Shown: positions 39,836-52,609 of the stretch, one piece after another
Position numbering within the stretch: position 1 is the stretch's first letter
How the letters are laid out: every line of letters begins with the position of its first letter
Assembly: GCA_016748015.1 (NCBI GenBank)
Contig: JAAOMT010000694.1
Coordinates: forward strand, 62,001-126,000
Source of the DNA: Geosiphon pyriformis uo1
Lineage: Eukaryota; Fungi; Glomeromycota
Direction: 5' to 3'
DNA length: 64,000 nucleotides
Made by a program: the position numbers and the translations under genes
The notes under the pieces: generated by a model
What the model saw: only the letters and a program-made list of their open reading frames with translations
Database searches by the model: none
What the model was told of the DNA's origin: nothing

Positions 39836-42621
39836 TTTGGTGCTCCCTATAAAGTATAATCTTACAGAGAACCAGCATTAACAACAATTATCCAAAAGTG
39901 ACAGAATTAGAAATAATAGGGACAAACCATTTAGAATTTGCTAAATTCTTATTTTAACAGTACAGCCAACAATTGAGCTTAACCAATAATCATTATCCAG
40001 TAGAATCAGCCTTCAACTTTTACATCAATGAGAAAATCACAGATTTTCTAAAAAGACCAGTTGACATTGAATCAACAAGAGAAAATTTCTATACAGAATT
40101 AATCCAACACACCAGCTTACCACAAAATCACAGTTTTGTACCAATTATCAAGGAAATCAATTAAAAAATTAAAAAATATACTCAACAACAATTCTCTATT
40201 ATCTATACAAACAAGGGTAAAGAAAAGTTACAAACACCAGCAACAACACCAAAAGAAATACAATTACCAATATAAAAGAAACAAAAAATTGAATCTCTAC
40301 TATATTTATTATATTATCACATACCCAGAAGTACCATCAACATCACATTAACAGACACATCTATATCAAACATGACATCAACATTTGGACAACTACCATT
40401 TCAAAGTAAACAAAAGAAAGCAGAATTATTAAAAATCTATGGCAATTACTTTGAAGGATTTAAATTGCAATTGCCAATGCCATCAGAATTCCAATCACTG
40501 CTATCTTTACCAGATTTTGGAACCGCAAATTCTTGAGAGATAATAGCATCAAAAAAAAAGAAGAAAAAAATCAAGAATTTAATTATCAAAATCTGATTGC
40601 AGAAAATCCAAAAGTTAAAACTCCAAATATTCAAACCCAGTAAACTCAAAACAATCCAAACTTTGAGTTAATTAATCAGTAAACCTTACTTCTAGAAATC
40701 ATCATTAATCAACAACCAATTGATCCAATTGCTAAACAACTTCAATAGCTGCCAATACTACCTTAGCAATTACCACTTCAACCATTATAACAATCAAACT
40801 TAGATCCAATGGCCTACACCCCAATAGTAAAACTCAAAAAATTTATTGGTAAAAAAAACAATGCCCAAGTGTGGCTGAATAATATGGAAAAGACTATTAC
40901 AGCCAACAGATGGAATAATGCCTGAGCCATACAAGCCATTTCATACTTTTTTTAAGATATTACCAACTCATGATATTAGAGCTTAGTCAACAAACTTCAA
41001 GATTTTAATGCATTCAAGCTTGAGTTTTTGAGATATTTTAGCAACAATAACAGTATTAATTATTTAACTAATACCTTTATCATCATCAAGCAAGAAAAAA
41101 CTAAAGCAGTCACTACTTACTTAAGATGCTTCTATAAAAACTTGTGCCAAATACAAGCAATTGATGTAAATTACTTTACAGCACCACAGATTCTGAACCA
41201 GTTCATCTATGGACTGTGCAGTAGTATCCTCCAACACATATGCCCAATACACTTACAAACTCTCCAAGATGCAATTACCAATGCATAGAATTTCAAATCT
41301 GCCAAACTTGAAGCTAATCATGCTTAAACCATCAATCTAGTAATGAATGGATTATCTAAATTAAATTTTAAGTTGAAACAATTTAGTGATTCTATTAACC
41401 AAAAATTAGAGGGATATTTAGCTAACAATTAGACAATTTATTAATTTCCACAATAACACAATAATCAAGGAAACACGAATTGTTTTTAGAATTAGTTATA
41501 TTTATTATCCTCAACCAATCAACAGTGACAACAGAAGACACATGTTTACCACTACTGTGATAAATAAAGACATTTGAGAATTGACTGCAGATTAAGAATA
41601 GATAACCAACAATTGGGAAATCTATATTGAAACTCTGATTACCAGTTTCAAACTCTGAGATATCAATCCAATCTAGAAATATATCAATCAAATTACCTAC
41701 TAGTAATGCAGCCACCAATTTATCAACCACCCATGTATTAGACTTCAGCACCAGTTATTTATTAACTGCAGCCACAAATAATATATCAACTCCAACAAAT
41801 TTCTACACTGCCACCAAACTCAGCTCAGATAACATTAGGAAATCTCAGATTAAAAGTCACTCAAAACTGGAGATTGGCAATAGTTGTTTTCCAACTAATT
41901 CTCAGTTTATTTAACCAGCCATCAGGATCATACCAGCAGAGCTCAGGAACCAGATATACCCAAAACCTGAGTTCTCAGAACTATTTAAGTCTTCTGGTTA
42001 CCCCAGAAAATGCCTTATCCAATAACATAGAAACCAACCAAACACAACCATTTACCAACAACATACTTCCAGCCATTATTACCAATAATGAATCACTAGC
42101 AGCAATCTTCCTATTTAAACTTGAGGAACTGTCATTCATGTCCTTGTTCAGTGGAGCCACATTCGAAGAAAAACTGATCACTGTCATGTACACTGATGTT
42201 AAAGTTGATAACCACTCCATCAAACTGATTCTAGATAATAGATCAGTTGGCAGCATTATCACAAGACAACTCATAAACCAATTAGGTCACTGAATTGATT
42301 GAACTGTCAGTGTAAGAATAATTACAGCTAATGGAGCCATCAAGACTCCAATTGGTAAAATAGATAACTTATCCATTGAAGTCAATGGCATCATCATACC
42401 AATCAAGATATTAGTCATAGAAGCCACTCAATACCAAGTACTTGTTGGTAATGATTGGTTGTTTAAAACCAATGTGATGCTTGATTAGAATACACAAGAG
42501 CTCCAACTTAGCTAGAACGGTTAACACACATATGTACCAGTCATGTGTGACCACTTTAAGCCTATTATTACACCATCAGCACCTCTTATCAAGTTCAACA
42601 ATGAAAAAAAAACCTACCTGG
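38995..42621 (+). mobile_element. Family B element B3, 5' part (LTR, gag, protease)
   Basis: LTR, PBS TTTGGTGCTCCC at 39836, MAYTPIVKLKKF, protease 42180-42560; interrupted by A2. Confidence 0.93.
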
Positions 42622-43634
42622 TGTTACCGGAAGTTTTTGGTCTCTTTTCTTGAATGTTGTAACTGTCTGTTGGTTGCAAATTCACGTTTTCTAGAAGTAG
42701 TTGAACCTCCAATAACTGAATTTATCTTCAAATTATCTCCTATAATTTGAACTGCTGGGCTTATATGTGGAATGGCCAATTCTGTGCCAGTTGCTTTGTG
42801 TAGTTACATTGCAGTAAACATCAACTCTTTCCCAAGAATTGCTTGTCTGGAAGCTCACTAAAAATGTGTAGTTACTTTGCTGTAAAAGTCAACTCTTCTA
42901 CAGGAATCTCGTCTGTAGGCTACCCTAATGATTATAATAAACAACTAAAAAAAAAATAAAAAAAATGTAAAAAAAATTGAATTCTGTTAAGGAAAACGTT
43001 TTCTATCCAGGCCTGGAGTCACTAACAGTTTACTGAAATTGGTAGCTAATCAATTTCGAAATGTTAGTTGGGTTTTTGGGGATTTTCCAAGTGCAATAAT
43101 TAAATAATTTGATTTTTCAAATTATTTGATATTTATTTATTTCTGTGTGTATAGAAATAGTTCTAAGTAATAAATCTAAAGTAAGATACATTTTCTTGAA
43201 GAGAAAAGCTCTTCTTTTATACAACTTGTTGTAATACTAGTCTATGAACTTGCACTTTTTCTCTTTGCTCAAATTTCAGCAAACTAAAGATACATTTTGA
43301 TGAACTACAAGTTATTTCGCTGAACTCTTGATTAATTTGGGTAAACTATTCATAATTTCGGCGAATTTCTGTAAATTTTGGCGAATTTCTTATAAATTTC
43401 GGCGAATTTCTGTAAATTTCGACGAATTTTAGAATGTTACAAAGTTCAGAGTATTGTGTAATTTGATCATTCTACTTTCTGTTATACTAATTAGATTATT
43501 TTAATTGAATCGTAATATGTGATAATTGATTAAATAATAAATGATAATTTGAAATGATATTAATATACTAATGAATTATAGGAATTATAAGGGTAATCTC
43601 GTGCTAATTAATAGTTAAAATTTTACTGGTAACA
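42622..43634 (-). repeat. 3' LTR of A2 (1013 bp)
   Basis: TGTTACC...GGTAACA; polypurine tract GAGGAGGAGA adjacent; four internal ~19-bp units. Confidence 0.96.
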
Positions 43635-44320
43635 TAATCTCCTCCTCAAAACTGAGCTCCGTCAAAGTCCAAGCACTATCTGTAATATTGAGATAGTGAT
43701 CCAAAATAATTGAAGTAATCTGGTCTGAAAATTGTTGAAATTTCAGTTCTGTGAGCTTGCCAATGTATTGGACTTTTATTGGTTGCAGTATTGGATTTTG
43801 TAGAACATTTTCACAAGTATTAAACAAATCATAGAGTCTAAAAGCTGCTCTAAGTTTGTAGCAAGTGTTTGTTGGTCCAGCTGCTGTTTTGAATTCATTG
43901 TAGATTTGTTTTTGTATAGCTTTAGGAGTGAGATTTGTTGCTTCAAGTTCCAGTTTTCATTCATAAAGTGTTTTTCCAATGTGGAAGTATTTATAGATAG
44001 AAGTGTGTTTATTGTTCTGTTTATTGAGAAGTGATAGAAGTTTTTGTTGTATTGTAGCATTTGGTGAAATGTTAATAGGGGCAATTAAAAAATTTTCTTC
44101 TAGTGCTTGCTTCAAAAGTTTTGGTAACCTATTTTCAGAGTGACTTCTTGTTTTTTTCTATAGAGGTGATAGTTCTGTGAATGATTTGCTACTGGGGCTG
44201 TGATTTCCTTCTAAATGTAATTAATTTAACTTCTATTAATCGTTATGGATAAGTCAGGAAGTGTTTTCAAGACTAACATTAACTTTTGAGATATTTGTTG
44301 AATATTTCGAGGAATAATTA
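43615..44320 (-). pseudogene. ORF3 of A2, with stops
   Basis: Near-identical to 50311-51018. Confidence 0.8.
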
Positions 44321-44456
44321 TGATAAAATTGACTAATTATGAAAAGAGAGAATAAAAAAAATTATTTTTTGGATATGGGATTTTTATTTGTTTTTGGGTT
44401 TGGGTGTTTTTTGTAATTTATTTACTATTTTTGTCTTTGTGTTTTTATTGTAAAAT

Positions 44457-45842
44457 TTAAGTGTTCAAGTTTGGTTGTTGTTCTATTATAATTATTGGTT
44501 CTAAATTTTAGGGAATATCTTTAGGATTAATTAAAAGGGAATGTGTACCAATTTGTGGAATTAATGGTTCAGAATTGTTTTTGAAATGATAGTGTTTCAA
44601 TCTGTTTCCATGTGCAACTTTTGCTAGTATTTTGTCATCAAGTCTTAACTTGTATAATCCATTGCCTAAAATTTCGTGAATATAAAATAGTCCGTCTCAT
44701 TTGTTTTCAAATTTCTCACTCCATTGTTTTTCAGCCTTAGTTCTGTGTAAGAGAACTTTATTTCCAACTTTAAATTCGTTGGTAATAGGTGGTAATTTGT
44801 TGTTATGTTTTTCTTTTTGTTGAGCTTGGAAATATTCAATATGAGTTGCTGCTATTCTTCTTTTTTCTTTTAGTGTACTAAGAAAAGTGTAGGCTCTTCT
44901 TTGGAGTGTCTCTTGAAAGTTTTCTTTATTGATTGGTTGTATTGGGTATGTTTCTACTGTGAAGTTAATTGGTAATGTTGCTGTCCTTCCATAAGTAAGA
45001 TCAAATAGTATGTGTTTTGTAGTATCTTGTTCTAGTGTTCTGTATGTTAGTAACACTAATGGAATAAAGATATCCCATTCCTGCTCAAAGTCTGTTGAGA
45101 CTTTGGCTAGAGATTCACACAATGTTTTGTTGAAACATTCTACAAATCTATTTGTTTGAGGGTGATAAAGTGATGATAGAGGTTTTTTGACATTGAACTG
45201 TTCACAAATTTTTTGTATCAAGTTGTTCACAAAATGTGTTCCTTGATTAGATAAAAGTTCAATTGGGCATCCATGTCTACAAATAATGTCTTCATAGATG
45301 AAATTTGCTACTGATTTTGCATCTGTTCTTTGGATGGCTCTAGCTTCAGACCATTTGGTAAGATAATCTACTGCAACTGCAATATAACAATTTCCTTGGG
45401 TTGTGATAGGTAATGGTCCGACTAAATCAATTCCAACTCTGTCAAAAGGTTGTCCAACTTTAATTGGATTTAAAGGTTCTGTGGGGCAAGTTCCTTCTCT
45501 TCTTTAACAATTATCACAAGATTCTACATATTATCGAATGTTTTTTTGCATGTGAGGCCAAAAATAATGTTCAAAAGTTCTTTGAATTGTTCCATCTCTT
45601 TCCAAGTGTGCTGAAGAAGGATCTGTGTACATGTTGTATAGAATTGTTTCTTTTTCATTCTCTTGTACTAATCTGAGTAGTTGGTTTGGGTTTTTACAAT
45701 TTTTGTAATATATTTTGTTATGATGTATAAAATATTGTTTGGATTGGTGTTGTAATTGATGTTTTTTACTTGGAGACCAATTTTCCAGCATGGTGAGAGT
45801 CTCCAAATAGTTTTTGATGTTGTTGTAGTTTTTTGGATCCAT
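44457..45842 (-). pseudogene. Integrase of A2
   Basis: ORFs 45531-45842 and 44697-45230; KWDGPFY-type motif; LEPIIIIE tail. Confidence 0.93.
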
Positions 45843-45919
45843 TGTTGTTGATTTTGTTGTTTGTTCTGCTGTTAAGTTTGTTGGTGTTTTGTTAGTGTTA
45901 ATGTTGGTATTAATATTGT

Positions 45920-47200
45920 CTCATTCTTGAGAGGCTATCAACATTGGTGTGTAGTTTTCCTGGTTTGTGATGTACAATGTATCTGTAGTCTGCTAGGAAG
46001 TCATTCCATCAAGACTGTTTAACACTTTGTTCAGTTTTCTTTTTATTAAGCTATTTGAAGCCAATATTGTCAGTTATTATGTCAAATTCTTTTCTATTCT
46101 TTAGGTATTGTTGAAAGTGTTTGAGAGCCCAGATGACTGCAGTGGCTTCCAATTCAGTTGAGCCATATTTGAGTTCTGTTGGCTTGAGTGTTCTGCTGGC
46201 ATAGACAATAACTTGTTCCTGGCCATTTTTATCCAATTGTAATAAGATGGCACCAAATGCTATGTGTAAAGCATCAGTGGCTAAGTGAAATTGTTTGTTG
46301 AAGTCTGGGTAAGCAAGAACTGGGGCTGTTGTCAATTTTGTTTTGAAAGTTTCAAAAGCTTTTTGTTGTTCTTCAGTCTATTTGTATGGTATGTTTTTGT
46401 TGGTAAGATAATTGAGTGGTTTGGCAATTTCTGAGAATTCTTTTATGAATTTTTGATAGTAAAAGACTAATCCTACAAATCCTCTTAGTTCTGTAGTATT
46501 TCTGGGGGTTTGAAAGTTTTTGACAGCACTGATTGTTCCTGGATTTGGTTTGATTCCATCTTTACTAACTATGTATCCAAGAAAAATCAAGCTTGTTTTT
46601 CCAAAGTGACATTTCTTAATATTTAACTTTAATCCTGCTTTCTGTAATTGTTGAAAAACTTCTCACAAGTGAATGAGATGGGCTTCAAAGCTTGGTGAGT
46701 ATATATCAGTATTATCAAGATAAACAATTACTGATTGCCACAAGAGCCCTTCATAGACAACATCTATGAGTCACTGAAATGTTGCTGGTGTATTGCAGAG
46801 TCCAAAAGGCATAACATTAAACTCATAATTTCCTCTTTGAGTGGTGAATGCTGTTTTGGGTCTATCTTTTGGGTCTATTTCGACTTGCCAGTATCCACTT
46901 TCCAGGTCTAAAGTTGAAAAGAACTTGGCTTTTTCTAGAGCATCTAGCATGTCATCAATTCTTGGAAGAGGGTAGGCATCTCCAATTGTAACATTATTCA
47001 GTTGTCTATAATCAACACAGAATCTGATTTTTCCGTTTTTTTTTTAACTAAAACTACTGGTGAGGTCCAAGAACTTCTTGATGGTTGAATTAATCCATTA
47101 TTAAGCATTCTTTGGACTTCTTCTCTGATAAATTGGTGGCTGGCCGGTGGCACTCTGTAAGCTTACTGTCATTTTGGTGGAGCATTTCCTGTATGGATCT
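45920..47200 (-). pseudogene. RT and RNase H of A2
   Basis: [48 protein letters not shown]. Confidence 0.95.
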
Positions 47201-47749
47201 GATGTTGAACCATATCCGTTTTTCCCAAGTTATTGTTGTCTTTTGCAAATATATCTGCAAATTTAGCTATCAATTGTTTCAATTGTCTTTGTTGTTGAGA
47301 TTCTAAGGAACCCATGTTGATTTGAGAGAGTTTTTTTTCCAAAAAGTGGTAGTTTTTAATAGTAGGAATGATATTTGGATTTGGGAGTAGTGTGTGCCTT
47401 ACAATTTCGATGAAATTAGAGACAATTTGAGGGTTTTCATCTTGAAAAATATTGCTGTGTATGATTCCAATTTTTAATTTGTTTAATAAGATAATAGGGT
47501 AATTATTGGGGTTGTAGAATGTAACTCGAAATTTTTTCATTCCTTTGGGAATATAAATGTTTGGAATTGAGATTTCATGCTTTAAACAAATTTGTTTATT
47601 GGATTCAAAAATTTGTTGTGTAGTGGTGGGTTTTGAGCAAGTATAAATTTTGTAATGTTCTCCAAAAGGTAAAATGGTAATTGGCTGGAGAAGTTGAAAA
47701 ATCTGGTGAGATTTATTTTGTGCATTAAGAGCTATGTTTACTGGAACTG

Positions 47750-48140
47750 TAAATTGTCCAGTTGAACTAAAACCTTGAGTTCTTCTTTCACTTTTTCCCA
47801 ATTGTTCTCTGTTGTTTACTGATTGTAAATCCGAAATGTTGATTAAGGGTAAGTAAATTGCTTGAGCAATTTTTTCAGCATGTTCAATTTTGAATGGTTT
47901 GTCTGTTTCATTCTGTAACATGATGTTAATATCTCCAGTGTATTCTGCATCTATAACTCCTCCTCTAATATTGATTCCTTTGCTTGCCAATGATGATCTG
48001 AAGGCAATTTGAATCATTGCTCTTGGTGGTATTTCAAGAGCAATTTTGAGATTGATTTTTGTCAAGGACTTTGGTTGGAGAACCAAAGTATTTTTTCCTG
48101 GATATCTTAGGTCATATCCAGCATCCATTTCGTGTGCTTT
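47750..48140 (-). CDS. dUTPase domain of A2 pol
   Basis: DAGYDL, RSSLA, GGVIDAEYTG, EKIAQ, RRTQGFSSTG: the five motifs of trimeric dUTPases. Confidence 0.93.
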
Positions 48141-48289
48141 TTCTGGTCTGATTCCTTGGCCATAATTGTCAAAATATTTAAGTTGTAAAGGTGGTTGCTT
48201 TTCAAGAAGATAGATGGGGGTGGTTGGTAGTTCTTCTACTAGTTCAGATACTTCAAATTCGATTTCATTTTTATCATTCTCATCTGGCA

Positions 48290-48920
48290 GAAGAATGCTA
48301 AGAGCATAACATTCTAAACATCATTGGTCATTACAAAGCATAACACATTCTTTACACAATTGAATATTCATTTGCTCTAATGGTTGAATTTGAGCTTCTT
48401 TGGTCGGATATGTATGGCTTGCAATTTGGTGGTAGGTTTTTACTTCATCTTCATAATCAAATCCAGCTAATTCCATGATATACTCAATATATTTAGCTTC
48501 TTTCATTTGGCAGACATTTTTTTGGATGGCTCCATTGATCAATGCTATTGCTAGATCAAAAATCATTTCAGCATCATGAGAGTAGTGGTAAAGTTTATTG
48601 AAAGCACTGTTGTATGCTGCATCAAATGGTGTTTTTCTTCTGACTTTTTCCGAAATTAATAGAGCATATTGACAGATTTGATCACATACTCCTTCTCTCA
48701 TTGCTACATCAATCCAATTGCATTCTTCTGGTAGCATTTCTTCACATGTAAAGCAAGGTGTGTTGTCCTATTTTCCACTTCTTTTTGGAGATCCAAATCA
48801 TTCTCTATGGCATGCTTTGCAAAAGTAACAGGTACGAGTTTCATATTCCTTTTCTGGAGAAATACATGCTTCCATTGATGAAAGTTTTTTGTTGCAATCT
48901 TTGCATTTGAGTGAAATATA
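48290..48920 (-). other. Cys-rich domain between protease and dUTPase in A2
   Basis: CKDC, CYFCKAC, CFTC, CDQIC, CKEC..C..CLEC. Confidence 0.75.
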
Positions 48921-49355
48921 GGGTGGTTGTTTCCGTGGTTCTGGTGTAGAATATCTAACTTTCTCCCATCTTCTTGATTCTTTAAAAATCTCTTGTTCTG
49001 TTTCCTCAGCCCAATTGGATGGTAATCCAAGAGCCATGTAGGTTTCAGTAAGTGGCATTTCTTTCTTCTCTTCAAATTCAAATACTAGGGCTTTTTCTGA
49101 TCATTTGTTAAAGATATCACAGATTACAGGTACTATGGTATATTGTTCTTGATATGAGATTTTAAGTTCTTGAGTTTCCCAGTTCAGGTTTGCATTGGCC
49201 TTGAGAAGCCAATCATTTCTGACTAGAGCTTGGTATTAAGGTGCATTCATAACAAGAACTTTAACTGGAATGGTAATTCTATCAATTGTAAAGGAGAAAT
49301 CATCAATTTCTCCTACTGAAGTCTTTATCATATCATCAGTTGTGACAATAACTGT

Positions 49356-50330
49356 TGTTACCAGAGGTTTTTGGTCTCTTTTCTTAAATGTTGTTGATGT
49401 CTGTTTGTTGTGAATTCATGTTTTCTGGATGTGGTTGAACTTCCAATAACTGAATTTATCTTCAAATTATCTTCTATAATTTGAACTGCTGGGCTTATAA
49501 GTGGAATGGCCAATTCCATGCCAGTTGTTTTGTGTAGTTACATTGTAGTAAATGTCAACTCTTTTCCAGGAATTGCTTGTCTGGAAGTTCACTAAAATGT
49601 GTAGTTACTTTGCTGTAAAAGTCAACTCTTCTACAGGAATCTTGTCTGTAGGCTACCCTAATGATTATAATAAACAACTAAAAGAAAAATAAAAGAAATG
49701 TAAAAGAAATTGAATTTTGTTAAGGGAAACGTTTTCTATCCAGGCCTGGAGTCACTAACAGTTTACTGAAATTGGTAGCTAATCAATTTCGAAATGTTAG
49801 TTGGGTTATGGGGATTTTTTAAGTGCAATAATTAAAAAATTTGGTTTTTTTTTTGAATTATTTGATATTTATTTCTTTTTGTGTGTGTAGAAATAGTTCT
49901 AAGTGATAAATCTAAAGTAAGATATATTTTCCAGAAGAGAAAAGCTCTTCTTTTATACAACTTGTTGTAGTACTAGTCTATGAACTTGCACTTTTTCTCT
50001 TTGCTCAAATTTTGGCGAACTAAAGATACATTTTGATGAACTACAAGTTATTTCGCTGAACTATTGATTAATTTGAGTGAACTATTCATAATTTCGGCGA
50101 ATTTCTGTAAATTTCGGCGAATTTTTGAATGTTACAAAGTTCAGGGAATTGTGTAATTTGATCATCCTACTTTCTGTTATACTAATTAGATTATTTTAAT
50201 TGAATCATGATATGTGATAATTGATTAAATAATAAATGAATAATTTGAAATGATATTAATATACTAATGAATTATAGGAATTATAAGGGTAATTTCATGC
50301 TAATTAATAGCTAAAATTTTACTGGTAACA
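49356..50330 (-). repeat. 3' LTR of A3 (975 bp)
   Basis: TGTTACCAG...CTGGTAACA, polypurine tract adjacent. Confidence 0.96.
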
Positions 50331-51018
50331 TAATCTCCTCTTCAAGACTGAGCTCCGTCGAAGTCCAAGCACTATCTGTAATATTGAAATAGTGATCTAA
50401 AATAATTAAAGTAATCTGGTCTGAAAATTGTTGAAATTTCAGTTCTGTGAGTTTGCCAATATATTGGACTTTTATTGGTTGCAGTATTAGATTTTGTAGA
50501 ATATTTTCACAAGTATTAAACAAGTCATAGAGTTTAAGAGCTGTTCTAAGTTTGTAGCAAGTGTTTGTTGGTCCAGCTGCTGTTTTGAATTCATTGTGGA
50601 TTTGTTTTTGTATAACTTCAGGAGTGAGATTTGTTGCTTCAAGTTCCAGTTTTTGTTCATAAAGTGTTTTTCCAATTTGAAAGTATTTATAGATAGGGGT
50701 GTGTTCATTGTTCTGTTTATTAAGAAGTAGTAGAAGTTTTTGTTGCATTGTAGCATTTGGTAAAATGTCAATAGGGACAATTAAAAGATTTTCTTCTAGT
50801 GCCTGCTTCAAAAGTCTTGATAATCTATTCTCAGAGTGACTTCTTGTTTTTTTTCTATAGGGGTAATAGTTCTGTAAATGATTTGCTACTGGGGCTGTGG
50901 TTTTTTTCTGAATGTAATTAATTTGACTTCCATTAATCGTTATAGATAAGTCAGGAAGTGTTTTCAAGACTAACATTAATTTTTGGGATATTTGTTGAAT
51001 ATTTTGGAGAATAATCAT
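50311..51018 (-). CDS. ORF3 of A3, open 235-codon frame
   Basis: ORF track; homologous to 1390-2055. Confidence 0.78.
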   Translation of the reverse strand: MIILQNIQQISQKLMLVLKTLPDLSITINGSQINYIQKKTTAPVANHLQNYYPYRKKTRSHSENRLSRLLKQALEENLLIVPIDILPNATMQQKLLLLLNKQNNEHTPIYKYFQIGKTLYEQKLELEATNLTPEVIQKQIHNEFKTAAGPTNTCYKLRTALKLYDLFNTCENILQNLILQPIKVQYIGKLTELKFQQFSDQITLIILDHYFNITDSAWTSTELSLEEEIMLPVKF

Positions 51019-51161
51019 AATAAAATTGACTAATTATGAAAAGAGAGAATAAAAAAAATGATTTTTGGATATGGGGTTTTTATTTGTTTTTGGGTTTGGG
51101 TGTTTTGTAATTATTTACTATTTTTGTCTTTGTGTTTTTATTAGAAAATTATTGTAAAATT

Positions 51162-52546
51162 TAAGTGTTCAAGTTTGGTTGTTGTTCTATTATAATTATT
51201 GATTCTAAATTTCGGGGAATATCTTCAGGATTAATTAAAGGAGAATGTGTACCAATTTGTAGAATTAATGGTTCAGAACTGTTTCTGAAATGATAGTGTT
51301 TCAATCTGTCTCCATGTGCAACTTTTGCTAATATTTTGTCATCAAGTCTTAACTTATATAATCCATTGCCTAGAATTTCGTGAATATAAAATGATCCATC
51401 TCATTTGTTTTCAAATTTCCCACTCCATTGTTTTTCAGCCTTAGTTCTGTGTAAGAGAACTTTATTTCTAACTTTAAATTTGTTGATAATAGGTGGTAAT
51501 TTGTTGTTATGTTTTTCTTTTTGTTGAGCTTGGAAATGTTCAATATGAGTTGCTGCTATTCTTCTTTTTTCTTTCAGTGTACTAAGAAGAGTGTAGGCTC
51601 TTCTTTGGAGTGTCTCTTGAAAGTTTTCTTCATTGATTGGTTGTATTGAGTATGTTTCTACTGTGAAGTTAATTGGTAATGTTGCTGTCCTTCCATAAGT
51701 AAGATTAAATGGTGTGTGTTTTGTAGTATCTTGTTTTAGTGTTCTGTATGCTAGTAACACTAATGGAATAAAGATATCCCATTCCTGCTCAAAGTCTGTT
51801 GAGACTTTGGCTAGAGATTCACACAATGTTTTGTTGAAACATTTTACAAGTCTATTTGTTTGAGGGTGATAAGGTGATGATAAAGATCTTTTGACATTGA
51901 ACCATTCACAAATTTCTTGTATTAAGTTGTTTACAAAATGTGTTTTTTGATCAGATAAAAGTTCAATTGGGCATCCATGTCTACAGATAATGTCTTTATA
52001 GATGAAATTTGCTACTGATTTTGCATCTGCTTTTTGGATGGCTCTAGCTTCAGGCCATTTGGTAAGATAATCCACTACAACTGCAATATAACGATTTTCT
52101 TGGGTTGTGATAAGTAATGGTCCGACTAAATCAACTCCAACTCTGTCAAAAGGTTGTCCAACTTTGATTGGATTTAAAGGTTCTGTGGGGCGAGTTCTTC
52201 CTCTTCTTTGACAATTATTACAAGATTCTACATATTGTCAAATGTCTTTTTGCATGTGAGGCCAAAAATAATGTTCAAGGGTTCTTTGAATTGTTCCCTT
52301 TTTTCCCAAGTGTACTGAAGACGGATCTGTGTACATGTTGTATAAAATTGTTTCTTTTTCATTCTCTTGTACTAATCTGAGTGGCTGGTTTGGTTTTCTG
52401 TAATTTTTATAATAGATTTTGTTCTGGTGTATGAAATATTGTTTTGATTGGTGTTGTAAGCAGTGTTTTTCACTTGGAAACCAGTTTTCTGACATAGTAA
52501 GAATCTCCAAATAATTTTTAAGATTGCTGTAGTTTTTGGGATCCAT
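51162..52546 (-). pseudogene. Integrase of A3
   Basis: DYLTKWPEA, LSDQKTHF, SPYHPQTN, GSFYIHEILGNG, IPRNLESIIIIE. Confidence 0.93.
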
Positions 52547-52609
52547 TCTTGTTTGGTTATTTTGTTGGTAAGTTGGTAAGTTGTGGTGGAATTGTTGTTG
52601 GTATTAATC

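Noticed and set aside
39836-39853. tRNA gene
   Set aside because: Only a short complement of a tRNA 3' end (the PBS); no cloverleaf.
47750-48140. Stand-alone host or viral dut gene
   Set aside because: In frame within pol and at the same position in every copy that spans this region.
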